Shown here: positions 54,624-64,000 of the stretch, piece after piece
Numbering within the stretch: position 1 is the first letter of the stretch
Layout of the letters: each line of letters starts with the position of its first letter
From: an uncultured delta proteobacterium
Lineage (GTDB): Bacteria; Desulfobacterota; Desulfomonilia; UBA1062
Reading direction: 5' to 3'
Assembly (NCBI GenBank): GCA_963785235.1
Contig: CAWAUM010000011.1
Span: 128,001 to 192,000 of the forward strand
Length of the DNA stretch: 64,000 nucleotides
Notes under the pieces: model-generated
The model's database searches: none
What the model saw: only the letters and a program-made list of their open reading frames with translations
What the model was told of the DNA's origin: nothing
Program-made: the position numbers and the translations under genes

Positions 54624-55436
54624 ATGCATAAGGTAAAGATTCATGACATAACTATCGGTAACGGAGGCCTGGTTCTGATCGCAGGTCCGTGCGTCATCGA
54701 ATCAGAAGATCATGCCCTGTTCATGGCCCAAAACATCCGGGACATCGCCTCTCGCGTAGGGGTTCCCTATATCTTCAAGGCGTCTTTTGATAAGGCGAAC
54801 CGTTCGTCCATTGATTCATACCGCGGCCCCGGTCTCATCACGGGGCTTAAGATCCTGGAGAAGATCAAGAAACAATTATCCGTCCCGGTCATATCGGACA
54901 TCCATGAACCTTCCCAGGCAGGTCCTGCCGCAGAGGTTCTGGACATGCTCCAGATCCCGGCCTTCCTGTGCCGGCAGACGGATCTCTTGGTTGCAGCCGG
55001 TGCCACTGGCCTGCCGGTGAACATAAAGAAAGGGCAGTTCATGGCTCCATGGGACATGTCCAATGCTGCGGCAAAGGTTCAAAGTACGGGGAACAGCAAA
55101 ATCAGCCTCACCGAGCGCGGTGTGAGCCTGGGGTATAACAACCTGGTGTGTGACTTGAGGAGCCTTGCCATCATGCGCTCGCTTGGTTTTCCCGTGATCC
55201 TGGATGTGACCCACAGCCTACAGCTTCCAGGCGGGCAGGGCACATCTTCAGGTGGGAACAGCGAGTATATTCCACAGTTGGCACGTGCAGGGGTTGCCTT
55301 CGGGCTCGACGGCGTCTTCCTGGAGGTGCATGACAACCCGGCGCTGGCGCTGAGCGATGGGTCCAACAGCCTGAGACTAGATAAACTTGAGCCTCTCCTG
55401 ATTCAATTGAAAAAGATCCATGAGGTGGCCTCATGA
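54624..55436 (+). CDS. kdsA: KDO-8-phosphate synthase
   Basis: AGPCVIES, KASFDKANRSS, QIPAFLCRQTDL, KKGQF. Confidence 0.96.
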   Translation: MHKVKIHDITIGNGGLVLIAGPCVIESEDHALFMAQNIRDIASRVGVPYIFKASFDKANRSSIDSYRGPGLITGLKILEKIKKQLSVPVISDIHEPSQAGPAAEVLDMLQIPAFLCRQTDLLVAAGATGLPVNIKKGQFMAPWDMSNAAAKVQSTGNSKISLTERGVSLGYNNLVCDLRSLAIMRSLGFPVILDVTHSLQLPGGQGTSSGGNSEYIPQLARAGVAFGLDGVFLEVHDNPALALSDGSNSLRLDKLEPLLIQLKKIHEVAS

Positions 55437-55936
55437 ACCGGATATCCTGTCTGGTGCTCGATGTAGACGGTGTACTTACAGACTCGCTCATCTACTTTAC
55501 CGATGAAGGGATCCAGCTCAAGGCCTTCAACAGCAAGGACGGGCACGGGCTCAGGATGCTCATGAGGGCCGGGATCGACGTGGTCATCATCACCGGCAGG
55601 ACATCGAAGGCCTTGGAGTACCGGGCAAAGGAGCTTGGTATCATGCACGTTTTCCAGGGGGCCATAGATAAAAAGCCGGTGCTTTTGGAAGCGGCAGGCA
55701 AACTCGGCATAGACCCCATCAACATGGCCTATATGGGAGACGATGTTGTGGACCTCCCTCCCATGTCCCTGTGCGGTATGACCTTTGCCCCGGCCGATGC
55801 CATGGATATGGTCAAGGATCGCTGTGATGTGGTGACCAGCAGGCCGGGCGGGCATGGGGCAGTAAGAGAGGCCATAGAAATACTGTTGAAGCGCGAGGGT
55901 CTATTCGATAAGGTCATGGAGCGCTATGTGGAATAA
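55433..55936 (+). CDS. kdsC: KDO-8-phosphate phosphatase
   Basis: DVDGVLTD, ITGR, GDDVVD, GGHGAVRE. Confidence 0.93.
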   Translation: MNRISCLVLDVDGVLTDSLIYFTDEGIQLKAFNSKDGHGLRMLMRAGIDVVIITGRTSKALEYRAKELGIMHVFQGAIDKKPVLLEAAGKLGIDPINMAYMGDDVVDLPPMSLCGMTFAPADAMDMVKDRCDVVTSRPGGHGAVREAIEILLKREGLFDKVMERYVE

Positions 55937-56459
55937 GCTGATCTGGTTCACGCTTGCTACCATCGCATTAGCATTCATTGTCTCAATTTCCCGGGAAAAT
56001 GAACAGGGGCCATCTTTTAACAAGGGCGGACAGATAAAACGCCAGGCCATGAATGTGGTGATGTTCGAGCGTAAACACCAAAACGGCAAGACCATGGAGG
56101 TGTCCGCCCGGGAGGTGGAAGAGACAGGGGGGCAGGTCGTGCACCTAAAGGATTTTCTTCTCACTCAACCAGGTGAGCTGACCATGAGCGGAACAGAAGC
56201 AATCTATGATCGCACCGGTTCCATACTTGAGGTCAAGAATCAGGTGATTATAAAGAGGGCGGGAGGCTCTCAGGCAGTATTGAACGGCCTTTTCTGGAAC
56301 AGGGCCAAAGATGCAGGCCACACCGTAAATCCAGTAAGGATCGAGGGAAAAGAGGGGATCATAACCTCGGATAAGGCGGAGTTTTCAGACAAGTTCACGA
56401 GGATCGCTTTTATAGGCAGGGTTCATGCGCAGATTATGCAGAATATTCTTAATCCTTAG
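55926..56459 (+). CDS. lptC: LPS export protein LptC
   Basis: Single N-terminal TM, beta-rich; lies between kdsC and lptA. Confidence 0.7.
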   Translation: MWNKLIWFTLATIALAFIVSISRENEQGPSFNKGGQIKRQAMNVVMFERKHQNGKTMEVSAREVEETGGQVVHLKDFLLTQPGELTMSGTEAIYDRTGSILEVKNQVIIKRAGGSQAVLNGLFWNRAKDAGHTVNPVRIEGKEGIITSDKAEFSDKFTRIAFIGRVHAQIMQNILNP

Positions 56460-56931
56460 CGTCCTGGCGCCGCATGCACTTCATGCGGAGGCCCTCAAGA
56501 CGCCTCTGGCTGCAACCGATATAGTAGACATCGAGGCAGACAGGTTGGACGTGGACACCAAGAACGGTACGGCAATATTCAAAGGAAAGGTAAAGGCAGC
56601 CAAACCGGATATCACCATTAAGGGAGATACCCTTACCTTGTTGTACGACCAGAAAACTCGGAAGGTTACCATGTTGACTGCCGAAGGTGACGTGACCATC
56701 CTTTGGCAAGACAAAAATGCCACGTGCAGCAAAGCAATATATAATCTTACCAATGAAGTCATGGTAATGACCGGCAATGTTGTCATAACCAGAGGCCAGG
56801 AGCGATTATCCGGCCAGAGGGTAACCATGGATAAGAAGAACGATACCCAGGTTGTTGAAGGCGCGGGCAGCAGGGTGAAAGTCCGGGTGAATGCAGGAGA
56901 GAGCAAGGGGGTCATGCAGTGGGGGAAATGA
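56425..56931 (+). CDS. lptA: LPS transport periplasmic protein LptA
   Basis: Signal peptide, DIEADRL...FKGKV...AEGDV...TGNV...RVKV OstA pattern. Confidence 0.85.
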   Translation: MRRLCRIFLILSVLAPHALHAEALKTPLAATDIVDIEADRLDVDTKNGTAIFKGKVKAAKPDITIKGDTLTLLYDQKTRKVTMLTAEGDVTILWQDKNATCSKAIYNLTNEVMVMTGNVVITRGQERLSGQRVTMDKKNDTQVVEGAGSRVKVRVNAGESKGVMQWGK

Positions 56932-57677
56932 TTTTGAAGGCCGTAGGCCTTGAAAAGAGCTTTGGAAAGGTCCATGTCATCAAAGGCCTGACCATTGCGT
57001 GCAACCCTGGAGAGATCATTGGGCTGCTAGGCCCCAACGGCGCAGGAAAGACCACAACTTTCTATATGGTTGTCGGGCTCATCCGCGCAGACAAGGGCAA
57101 GGTTTTCCTGGGCGCCGAAGATATCACCGGCATCGATCTCGCAGGCCGGGCCATGAGAGGCATCGGCTACCTGCCGCAGGAGCCCTCCGTATTCAGGGGT
57201 TTGAGTGTGGAGGACAATATCTCTGTCCCTTTGGAAGCCCGCGGGTTAAAGGGCAACGCTCTGAAACAGAACCTTGATGAGATAGTGGCAAGCTTCGGGC
57301 TTGATCAGGTGCGCAGGAGTAAGGGCGTCTCGCTCTCCGGCGGGGAGAGGCGTCGCGTTGAGATCGCCAGGGCCATGGCCCTGAGCCCGGCATTCATGCT
57401 CCTGGATGAACCGTTCGCCGGGATTGACCCCATCACGGTTAATGACATACAGGACATGATAGTAAACTTGAAAAATTTGGGAATTGGTGTCATTATTACC
57501 GATCATAATGTAAAAGAAACCCTGAAGATATGTGACAGGGCATATATTATCCATCAGGGTGTTGTTATTGAGGAAGGAACACCGGAACAGGTAGTGGCGA
57601 ATGATCAGGTCAAGCAGATCTATGTGGGCAAGGATTTTTCTCTCTTAGGAGGGTTTAAGGATGGCCTTGGAGCTTAG
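56928..57677 (+). CDS. lptB: LPS export ABC ATPase LptB
   Basis: GLLGPNGAGKTTTFY, YLPQEPSVFR, LSGGERRRVEIARA, LDEPFAGIDP, TDHNV. Confidence 0.95.
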   Translation: MILKAVGLEKSFGKVHVIKGLTIACNPGEIIGLLGPNGAGKTTTFYMVVGLIRADKGKVFLGAEDITGIDLAGRAMRGIGYLPQEPSVFRGLSVEDNISVPLEARGLKGNALKQNLDEIVASFGLDQVRRSKGVSLSGGERRRVEIARAMALSPAFMLLDEPFAGIDPITVNDIQDMIVNLKNLGIGVIITDHNVKETLKICDRAYIIHQGVVIEEGTPEQVVANDQVKQIYVGKDFSLLGGFKDGLGA

Positions 57678-59040
57678 GCAACATCTCAAGCTGGCGCAGC
57701 AACTCATCATGACGCCACAGCTCCAGCAGGCTATCAAACTCCTGCAACTCAGCCGTCTTGAACTGCAAGAATACATAGAAAGCGAGCTCGAACAGAACCC
57801 TTTACTTGATGTGGGAACCGAACGTGCGCGTGAGGACACCCCTGATACCATAAAAGAGAGGGAACAGATCAAGCAGAGATGGGATGCATACCTGGAAACA
57901 TACGGCCAGGACAATGTCCCCTATTATGAAGATGAAGAGCGGCCCTCCCTTGAATCCACCACCTCCAAACCTGAAGGACTTTTTGATCATCTTATCTGGC
58001 AACTGAGGCTCAATGATTTCACGGCCAAAGAACAGGAAGTCGGTTTCTTTATCATCGGAAACCTTGACCACAATGGCTACATGATCCTTGATACCCAGGC
58101 CATATGCCAGGAGACCGGTGCAACGCCTGACGTTGTTGAATCCGCACTTGCCAAGGTACAGCGGTTTGACCCGCCCGGGATCGCTGCCCGCGATCTGCGG
58201 GACTGCCTCAAGATCCAGGCAAAAATACTGGGCCTGGAAAATACCCTGGTGTGGACGATCATTGATTCCCATTTAGAAGAGCTCCAGACCAAGAACTACA
58301 ACAAGATAGCCCAGGAACTTTCAGCAACCGTGGATGATGTGGCCCATGCAGCCCAGATCATCGTCAACATGGAACCCAGGCCGGCCCGGGACTATTCAGA
58401 CGATCCCCCGCAATACATTGTTCCTGACGTGTATGTAGTAAAACTCGAGGGTGAATATGTGGTCCTGCTCAATGATGAGGATCTGCCCATTCTCAAGCTC
58501 AACAAGGAATACCAGATCATGATGAAGTCCGACAACATGGGCAAGATGGCCAAAAACTATCTCACCGACTGCTTCAAGTCCGCCCAATGGTTGCTCAAGA
58601 GCATACAGCAAAGACAGAATACCCTGTGCAAGGTCACCGAGAGCATTGTAAAATTCCAGAAATTATTTCTCGACCATGGGATCACCAACCTGAAGCCGTT
58701 GGTCTTAAGAGATGTTGCCGATGACGTGGGCATGCATGAATCCACCATCAGCAGGGTTACCTCTAATAAATATGTGCATACAACCCAGGGCACTTTCGAG
58801 CTTAAGTATTTCTTCAATAGCGGCATATCTAAAAGTGATGGAAGTTTTGTTGCATCACAGAGTGTCAAGATTGAAATCGAAAATATCATCAAGGCAGAGG
58901 ATGCCAAACATCCCCTGAGTGACCAGGCCATTGCACATAAACTAAAAGGGAAAGGGGTGAGGATCGCACGCAGGACCGTAGCCAAGTACCGTGAACTGCT
59001 TGGTATTCTTCCTTCAAACCAGAGGAAGAAACACTTTTAA
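57661..59040 (+). CDS. rpoN: RNA polymerase sigma-54 factor
   Basis: MTPQLQQAIKLLQL, MHESTISR, RpoN box ARRTVAKYRE. Confidence 0.97.
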   Translation: MALELRQHLKLAQQLIMTPQLQQAIKLLQLSRLELQEYIESELEQNPLLDVGTERAREDTPDTIKEREQIKQRWDAYLETYGQDNVPYYEDEERPSLESTTSKPEGLFDHLIWQLRLNDFTAKEQEVGFFIIGNLDHNGYMILDTQAICQETGATPDVVESALAKVQRFDPPGIAARDLRDCLKIQAKILGLENTLVWTIIDSHLEELQTKNYNKIAQELSATVDDVAHAAQIIVNMEPRPARDYSDDPPQYIVPDVYVVKLEGEYVVLLNDEDLPILKLNKEYQIMMKSDNMGKMAKNYLTDCFKSAQWLLKSIQQRQNTLCKVTESIVKFQKLFLDHGITNLKPLVLRDVADDVGMHESTISRVTSNKYVHTTQGTFELKYFFNSGISKSDGSFVASQSVKIEIENIIKAEDAKHPLSDQAIAHKLKGKGVRIARRTVAKYRELLGILPSNQRKKHF

Positions 59041-59069
59041 ATAACCGTTTAACCACGAGAGGAGGATTT

Positions 59070-59594
59070 ATGCAGACCGACATTACCTTTAAAAACATTG
59101 ACTCTTCCGATGCGCTGAAAGACTACGCGTTCAAAAGGCTCTCGAAGATGGATAAATACATTGACCGCACCGCTGAAGCGCATGTCGTCCTTTCTGTGGA
59201 AAAGCGCCGGCACAAGGCAGATGTAACGCTGACCGCCGATGGTGCGGTGATCAATGCAGTAGAGATCACCGAAGACTTATACTCAGCCATCGACATGGTA
59301 ATGGATAAGCTGGAAAGGCAGATTAAAAAACACAAGGAAAAGCTCCAGGCCAAGAAGACCCAAAGCAAAACCACAGGAGCCCCAGCTGCATCTCCCGTGA
59401 GCAGAAAGGCAAAACCGCGCCTCATCTATGAGAAGAACTACGCCGTCAATGCCATGAGCGTGGAAGAGGCCCTCGAGGTTATGGAAGATGCCCCTGAGCG
59501 ATTCGTTATCTTCCAGAACACCGAGTCGAAACAGCTCAATCTCATCTACAAGCGCGTCGATGGAAAACTTGCCCTGGTTGAGCCGCAGATATAG
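59070..59594 (+). CDS. hpf: Ribosome hibernation promoting factor (long form)
   Basis: S30AE domain DLYSAID...KLERQ plus C-terminal MSVEEA...YKR.DG. Confidence 0.93.
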   Translation: MQTDITFKNIDSSDALKDYAFKRLSKMDKYIDRTAEAHVVLSVEKRRHKADVTLTADGAVINAVEITEDLYSAIDMVMDKLERQIKKHKEKLQAKKTQSKTTGAPAASPVSRKAKPRLIYEKNYAVNAMSVEEALEVMEDAPERFVIFQNTESKQLNLIYKRVDGKLALVEPQI

Positions 59595-59610
59595 AGATTA
59601 AATGTTGGTA

Positions 59611-59666
59611 AAAAATCACGCCGTGCTGTTGAGGTCTTACCAAGACAGCACGGCGTCACTTTTTTT
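59611..59666 (+). terminator. Rho-independent terminator (probably bidirectional)
   Basis: ACGCCGTGCTGT/ACAGCACGGCGT stem, T7 tail, upstream A run. Confidence 0.85.
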
Positions 59667-59841
59667 AAACGATAGCTGGAAACTTGAGATCTTGGGCTGG
59701 AACATCCGTGGACTGTGGCAGAACTTCAGAGCGTCATCCGGCACGTTATTTATCTTCAGAACAAAGGCTAACCCTTGAAAATAGATCCAACCAGGCTATT
59801 ATTAAAATACACATTAAAATACAAAACTATAAGGAGAACAT

Positions 59842-60321
59842 ATGGACAAGCGCACATTGATTATAATTGGAGTTATTGCTGTCTTCCTGGTTGCAACAAA
59901 CGTATATGCAGAAAGCTGCACTAAGGCTGATTTAGCCAAAGCGGTCGATTATACCGCGGGCCTTATCAATTCGAAGGGTAAGGCTGCGCTGCCAGAGCTT
60001 ACGAAATACCGTTATTGTAACGGGTTAGGCTATGTTTTTGTGGTTGAACTTGAAGGCAAAATAATACTCCAACCAGCAAACCCACAGCTTGAGGGCAAAG
60101 ACATCACAGTGATGCAAGGTGCTAAGAATGAGTACTTCGGTGCAGAGATGAAGGCCAAGGTACAGAAGTATGGAGAAGGCTGGGTATCTTATGTGTGGGA
60201 AAATCCTAAAACAAAGGGGCTTGAAATAAAGTGTTCTTTTGTGAAAGCAGCTACAATGGATGGTAAGAAGGTTTTTGTTGGCTCTGGCATCTATGGAATT
60301 CGTCTGGATGACTGCAAGTAG
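59842..60321 (+). CDS. Secreted stand-alone single Cache domain protein
   Basis: Signal peptide; YVFV...PANPQLEGKD...GEGWVSYVWENP...K.SFV...VGSGIY; AAGGAG RBS. Confidence 0.85.
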   Translation: MDKRTLIIIGVIAVFLVATNVYAESCTKADLAKAVDYTAGLINSKGKAALPELTKYRYCNGLGYVFVVELEGKIILQPANPQLEGKDITVMQGAKNEYFGAEMKAKVQKYGEGWVSYVWENPKTKGLEIKCSFVKAATMDGKKVFVGSGIYGIRLDDCK

Positions 60322-60351
60322 GGTAGCTCTGTAAAACAGGTGTTCTATACT

Positions 60352-60390
60352 TTGAAGGGGAGGGTTCTATAAGACTCTCCCCTTCAATAA
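60352..60390. terminator. Hairpin terminator between convergent genes
   Basis: TTGAAGGGGAGGGT/ACTCTCCCCTTCAA 14-bp stem. Confidence 0.7.
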
Positions 60391-60600
60391 AATATCAGCA
60401 CATGTGACAACTCCTATTGTAGATGGTCGCTTCTGAAATAACTGAAAAGCGATATTTGTGTAGGTGTTTTTGTAAATCATTGGTTCTGGAACATCCTTTC
60501 ATCACCTATCCATTGCAGTAATCATCATAAGTACGCGGCTGAAGAATGGTGTCCATAACAATCCAGGAGATCCAAGTTTGTTTTCCAATCGCCCAGCTTT

Positions 60601-60912
60601 TCATGCTGCTGCATCAAATGGATGCACGGCTTTCATGATCTTATCGCTGAGTTTTTCATTCGCTATTTCAAGGTCATAGTGAGTCTGCAGGTTCATCCAG
60701 CTCTGGGCATCTGTTCCAAAGAAACGGGCGAGCCGTAAGGCAGTATCGGCGGTAATGGCGCGCTTCCCCGCTACGATTTCACCTATGCGTCTTTGAGGTA
60801 CTCCTATGGACTTAGCAAGCCTATACTGTGTGATACCCATGGGTTTTAAAAAATCCTCTATGAGGATCTCACCGGGATGAACAGGGGGCATTGCCCTTTT
60901 TGTCGTCTTCAT
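60601..60912 (-). CDS. higA: HigA antitoxin
   Basis: PVHPGEIL.EDFL, ITADTALRLARFFG, WMNLQ..YDL. Confidence 0.95.
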   Translation of the reverse strand: MKTTKRAMPPVHPGEILIEDFLKPMGITQYRLAKSIGVPQRRIGEIVAGKRAITADTALRLARFFGTDAQSWMNLQTHYDLEIANEKLSDKIMKAVHPFDAAA

Positions 60913-60935
60913 GATGGTTCTCCTTTCTGCCCTTC

Positions 60936-61217
60936 TCAATGGTAATCCACTATCTCTACGTCGTAAGCATCTCCATCCTGCCAGGTGAAAAGGATTCGCC
61001 ATTGATCATTAATACGGATGCTCCATTGACCTTCTCTATCACCCGTCAACTTCTCAAGCCGATTTGCCGGGGGAACACGGAGAAAGTTTAGAGATGCTGC
61101 GCCATGCAACATTGTCAGCTTTCTCATACCTGTACGGTGAATGCTCTTCGGAAACCGCGGTGAGTGCCGGCCTGTGAATATCTTCTCCGTTTCCTTGCAC
61201 TTGAAGGTCTTGATCAT
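60936..61217 (-). CDS. higB: HigB (RelE-family) toxin
   Basis: MIKTFKCKETE, PPANRLEKL.GDR.GQWSIRINDQWRI.F, VDYH. Confidence 0.95.
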   Translation of the reverse strand: MIKTFKCKETEKIFTGRHSPRFPKSIHRTGMRKLTMLHGAASLNFLRVPPANRLEKLTGDREGQWSIRINDQWRILFTWQDGDAYDVEIVDYH

Positions 61218-61228
61218 TTCTGCATACC

Positions 61229-61257
61229 ATAGTAACAACTAGCGATAGTATTGTCAA
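61229..61257 (-). promoter_or_regulatory. sigma70 promoter of higBA
   Basis: TTGACA-N17-TACTAT; TACTAT occurs three times across the promoter. Confidence 0.8.
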
Positions 61258-61703
61258 GAGATAGTACCCCTATCGGCAATAAACTCTTCTGCATGAAGTG
61301 TAATTTCCTTGGTCTTTTTTCAGTAGATAATGGGTATCATCTCCCACGATTAAACGGTATTTTATGGTTCGCCTGAAGATCTTTACTCAAGGTTCTGACT
61401 GCATGGTATAGATATAGAATGATCTGAGTAGAGGCTTGCCTTATGCTATCTGTAATATATGTGAGCTCCAATGCTGGCCTGAAAAGAGAAAATACTTAAA
61501 AGATATCTATCAGCGGAAGAATAGGAGGGAAGAATAGGAGATTATGTCCAAAATCTTCACTTTTTTCAGACTGAAGATTCCTTCGATAAATCGTCAGTCT
61601 CAACTCTAATCAATCCATCATAGGTATCGAAATATAATCATTAAGATATACCTTGGAATGTTGTGGTAGCATCACAAAAAGCAAATGGTGTATACTGGCA
61701 CTC

Positions 61704-62126
61704 ATGACTAAGTCAGAGCATGCATTAGAAATATTTTCCTCCAAATACTCCTGAGCACAAGCGACGCTTATGGCCTTCGGTGAAGGCCTGGGACTTGACG
61801 AAGCTACCTGTGCCAAGGTTGCCTGTGCATTCGGCGGCGGGATCTCTCACCTGGGTCTCACCTGCGGGGCTGTTACCGGGGCGCTTATTGCCATCGGTCT
61901 TAAACATGGCGGCGGTCCTGAGATGAAGGAAGGAACCTATAAGATAGCCAATGAGTTCGTCGAACGGTTTACCAGGCTCCATGGATCAATCAACTGCACC
62001 GAGCTTATAGGGTACGACCTGGGCAGGCCTGAGCAATTGGCCGAGGCAAGAGAAACGGCCATCTTTGCCATCCGATGTGTTAAATATGTGGAAGATGCTG
62101 TAAAAATACTCGAAGATTTCGTGTAA
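61704..62126 (+). CDS. C_GCAxxG_C_C-family redox protein, candidate selenoprotein (UGA at 61752-61754 read as Sec17)
   Basis: MTKSEHALEIFSSKYS-U-AQA is in frame with ORF 61770 (FGGG...TCGAVTGA...INCTEL...CVKYV); the UGA sits at the family's first conserved Cys (YNCAQ). Confidence 0.85.
61772..61788 (+). promoter_or_regulatory. Bacterial SECIS-like hairpin
   Basis: GGCCTTC-GGT-GAAGGCC, 17 nt after the UGA, loop starts with G. Confidence 0.75.
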
Positions 62127-62150
62127 GGGAACAGTCGATCTCACCTTACA

Positions 62151-63017
62151 TTATTTGCTTCGAGAAGGTTTCTCCCTGTTACCTGTTACGTCTCTGGCGT
62201 TTGCAGCAATCCTGGCAACCTTGCCCTGTGCATCTCGAATGGGGTACAGTTTTATTGTAAGAGGCCTCCCGGCCGGGACAGCCACCAGCTCAAGGGGCTT
62301 GCCCGTGGCAATGACCTCGTCTATGGCCTCTTTTGCCTGGGCCGCCGTCATCTCGGGCATTTCCTTGAATATGTTTGCCCCCAGGAGTTCTTTCACGGTT
62401 TTGCCGAACCTCTTTGCCGCAGGTTTGTTGATGGCGATCACATTGCCTGAAGTATCCAGGATCAGCGAGGTATCATTGCTGGCATCCAGGAGCACCCGTG
62501 CGGTTTCCTGGCTTTCACGGATGATTTTTTCGCGTTCTATGCGGTCGCTGATATCCCGCGCAACACAGATCAGCTCCGTTGTCTTGCCGCTGCGCTTACG
62601 CGGGATGCGGCTCAGCTCGCCGAATTTTATCTTGCCGTCCTTGGTGATGAATCGATGGATGTTGTAATAGACGCCTTTGCCGGTAAGGGCACTCAGGGAA
62701 TCGTCGAGGGCATCGCTCAAGTCTTCCGGGTGGAGTATGGCGAGATCATAAAAATATTTTCCCACCATCTCCTCGGGTTTGTACCCTATCAGCCTCTCCA
62801 CATTGTCAGAGACGCTCAAGACCTTCAGATTGAGGTCATAGGAGAACAAGACATCATTGGTGAGAGAGAAAAGGAGCTGGTATTTCTCCTCGTCCATCCG
62901 CATGGACTCCACCGATTTTTTCAGCGCCGAAACCTGGTTCTTCAGTTCTACAATAAGTTTATGGGCTTCACCCAGTTCCAGAGCAAGATCATCTCTGGTC
63001 AGATTGCCGTACTTCAT
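62151..63017 (-). CDS. Coiled coil + two PAS domains, no output domain
   Basis: GYKPEEMVGK...LHPED...ARDISDR; INKPAA...ARDVT; GGAGG RBS. Confidence 0.85.
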   Translation of the reverse strand: MKYGNLTRDDLALELGEAHKLIVELKNQVSALKKSVESMRMDEEKYQLLFSLTNDVLFSYDLNLKVLSVSDNVERLIGYKPEEMVGKYFYDLAILHPEDLSDALDDSLSALTGKGVYYNIHRFITKDGKIKFGELSRIPRKRSGKTTELICVARDISDRIEREKIIRESQETARVLLDASNDTSLILDTSGNVIAINKPAAKRFGKTVKELLGANIFKEMPEMTAAQAKEAIDEVIATGKPLELVAVPAGRPLTIKLYPIRDAQGKVARIAANARDVTGNREKPSRSK

Positions 63018-63323
63018 TTCAAAACCTCCCTCAATGCAGTGAACTATAATAATCCTGCTCATGCGAAGTCAAGCACGGGGAAGATTAATTAATACAGGTT
63101 ACCGGTTTCATGCAGCTATGAAGTTCATTTCCGGTGCTCACCTCAAATCCGAATAAATTTCTCTTGAAACTTGAAAACCAAAGGTATATGTGGGCGCCAG
63201 CTTGATACAAGCTCTTACACGAAGGAGAAGTTGATGAGAAAGTTATTTGCGTTCGGTATTGTTCGTATACGCCCTCCTGGTCTTAATCTCCTGGGTCTAG
63301 CCCAGATAAGCGTAAACCACGGT

Positions 63324-64000
63324 TCATTCTTGCTTGTCATCCCCTTTCGGCAATCCCGGACATGGCTTGTTCTTGAAGAATACATAGTATAAGAGCGGCA
63401 CGATGATAAGGGTCAGGATTGTCGAGGCCACGGCCCCGAACATCATGGCAATGGCAAGCCCCTCAAAGATCGGGTCGAACAGCATGACAAACGACCCCAC
63501 AACTACCGCAGCCGCGGTGAGCACTATGGGCCGGAAACGTACCGCCCCTGCCATGATCACGGCCTGGCGGAGCTCACCTTTTTCCCTCCACTCCATCTGG
63601 ATGAAGTCAACGAGCAGGATGGAGTTGCGCACCACTATCCCGGCCAGTGCAATGAAGCCGATCATGGATGTGGCCGTGAAAAAGGCTCCGAAGAGCCAGT
63701 GTCCCGGGCAGTATCCCCACCAGGGTCAGCGGTATGGGCGCCATGATGACGAGCGGTGTAACAAAGCTCCTGAACCAGGCCACAACCAGGATGTAAATGA
63801 TGACAAGGACAACGGCAAAGGCCGCCCCGAGGTCCCGGAAGACCTCGTAGGTGATGTGCCATTCACCGTCCCACTTCATGGAATACTTGTCTTCCAGCCA
63901 GGGCTGGACCGAGGAATACTGCTTCATGGCGTACCCTTCGGGCAGCTTCATCTTTTCGATTGTCTCCTTCATGTTCATGATGGCATAAACCGGGCTTTCT
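63324..64000 (-). CDS. RND efflux permease (AcrB/CusA superfamily), C-terminal part, frameshift near 63700
   Basis: [46 protein letters not shown]. Confidence 0.9.

Noticed and set aside
57640-57677. lptB C-terminal extension overlapping rpoN
   Set aside because: Removing one T after ...GKDFSL gives the usual stop; probably a sequencing indel
59697-60496. 11-bp direct repeat CTGGAACATCC flanking the Cache gene as a target-site duplication
   Set aside because: No transposase, integrase or terminal inverted repeats; the length is compatible with chance

Overview
Chromosomal housekeeping region of an anaerobic deltaproteobacterium (Desulfobacterota/Syntrophales-like, inferred from ahbC, MglA/SgmX-like genes, many sigma54 elements and apparent Sec usage). 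In order it holds: the start of an atpZ/I-like operon; five tRNAs; phoH-ybeY; queD-folE2; accC; ispA-dxs-tlyA-ispH; fadD; rnz; two tandem MCPs; a siroheme/heme operon; murJ; a c-di-GMP/sigma54 locus; coaBC-udg-nfeD-recJ; a TPR-mglA-TPR-DUF4388 operon; oppDF-yejM; clpB; kdsA-kdsC-lptCAB-rpoN-hpf; higBA; and the end of an RND pump. About a dozen genes, several essential, carry single frameshifts that look like long-read indel errors. No CRISPR array, IS element or prophage was seen. Features the ORF track misses or does not explain: (1) two candidate selenoproteins with in-frame UGA plus SECIS-like hairpins, one an exported DUF1573 protein with a vicinal Cys-Sec; (2) a Ser21 MglA with no neighbouring mglB inside a mini-SgmX operon; (3) a sigma54 promoter driving a 41-aa microprotein and a GGDEF/HD-GYP protein with both catalytic sites degenerate but an intact RxxD site; (4) a candidate ~240-nt sRNA; (5) a perfect 28-bp inverted repeat; (6) an IspH::UbiA-like fusion; (7) repeated signatures of leaderless mRNAs. 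All calls come from reading motifs by eye; no database searches were run.
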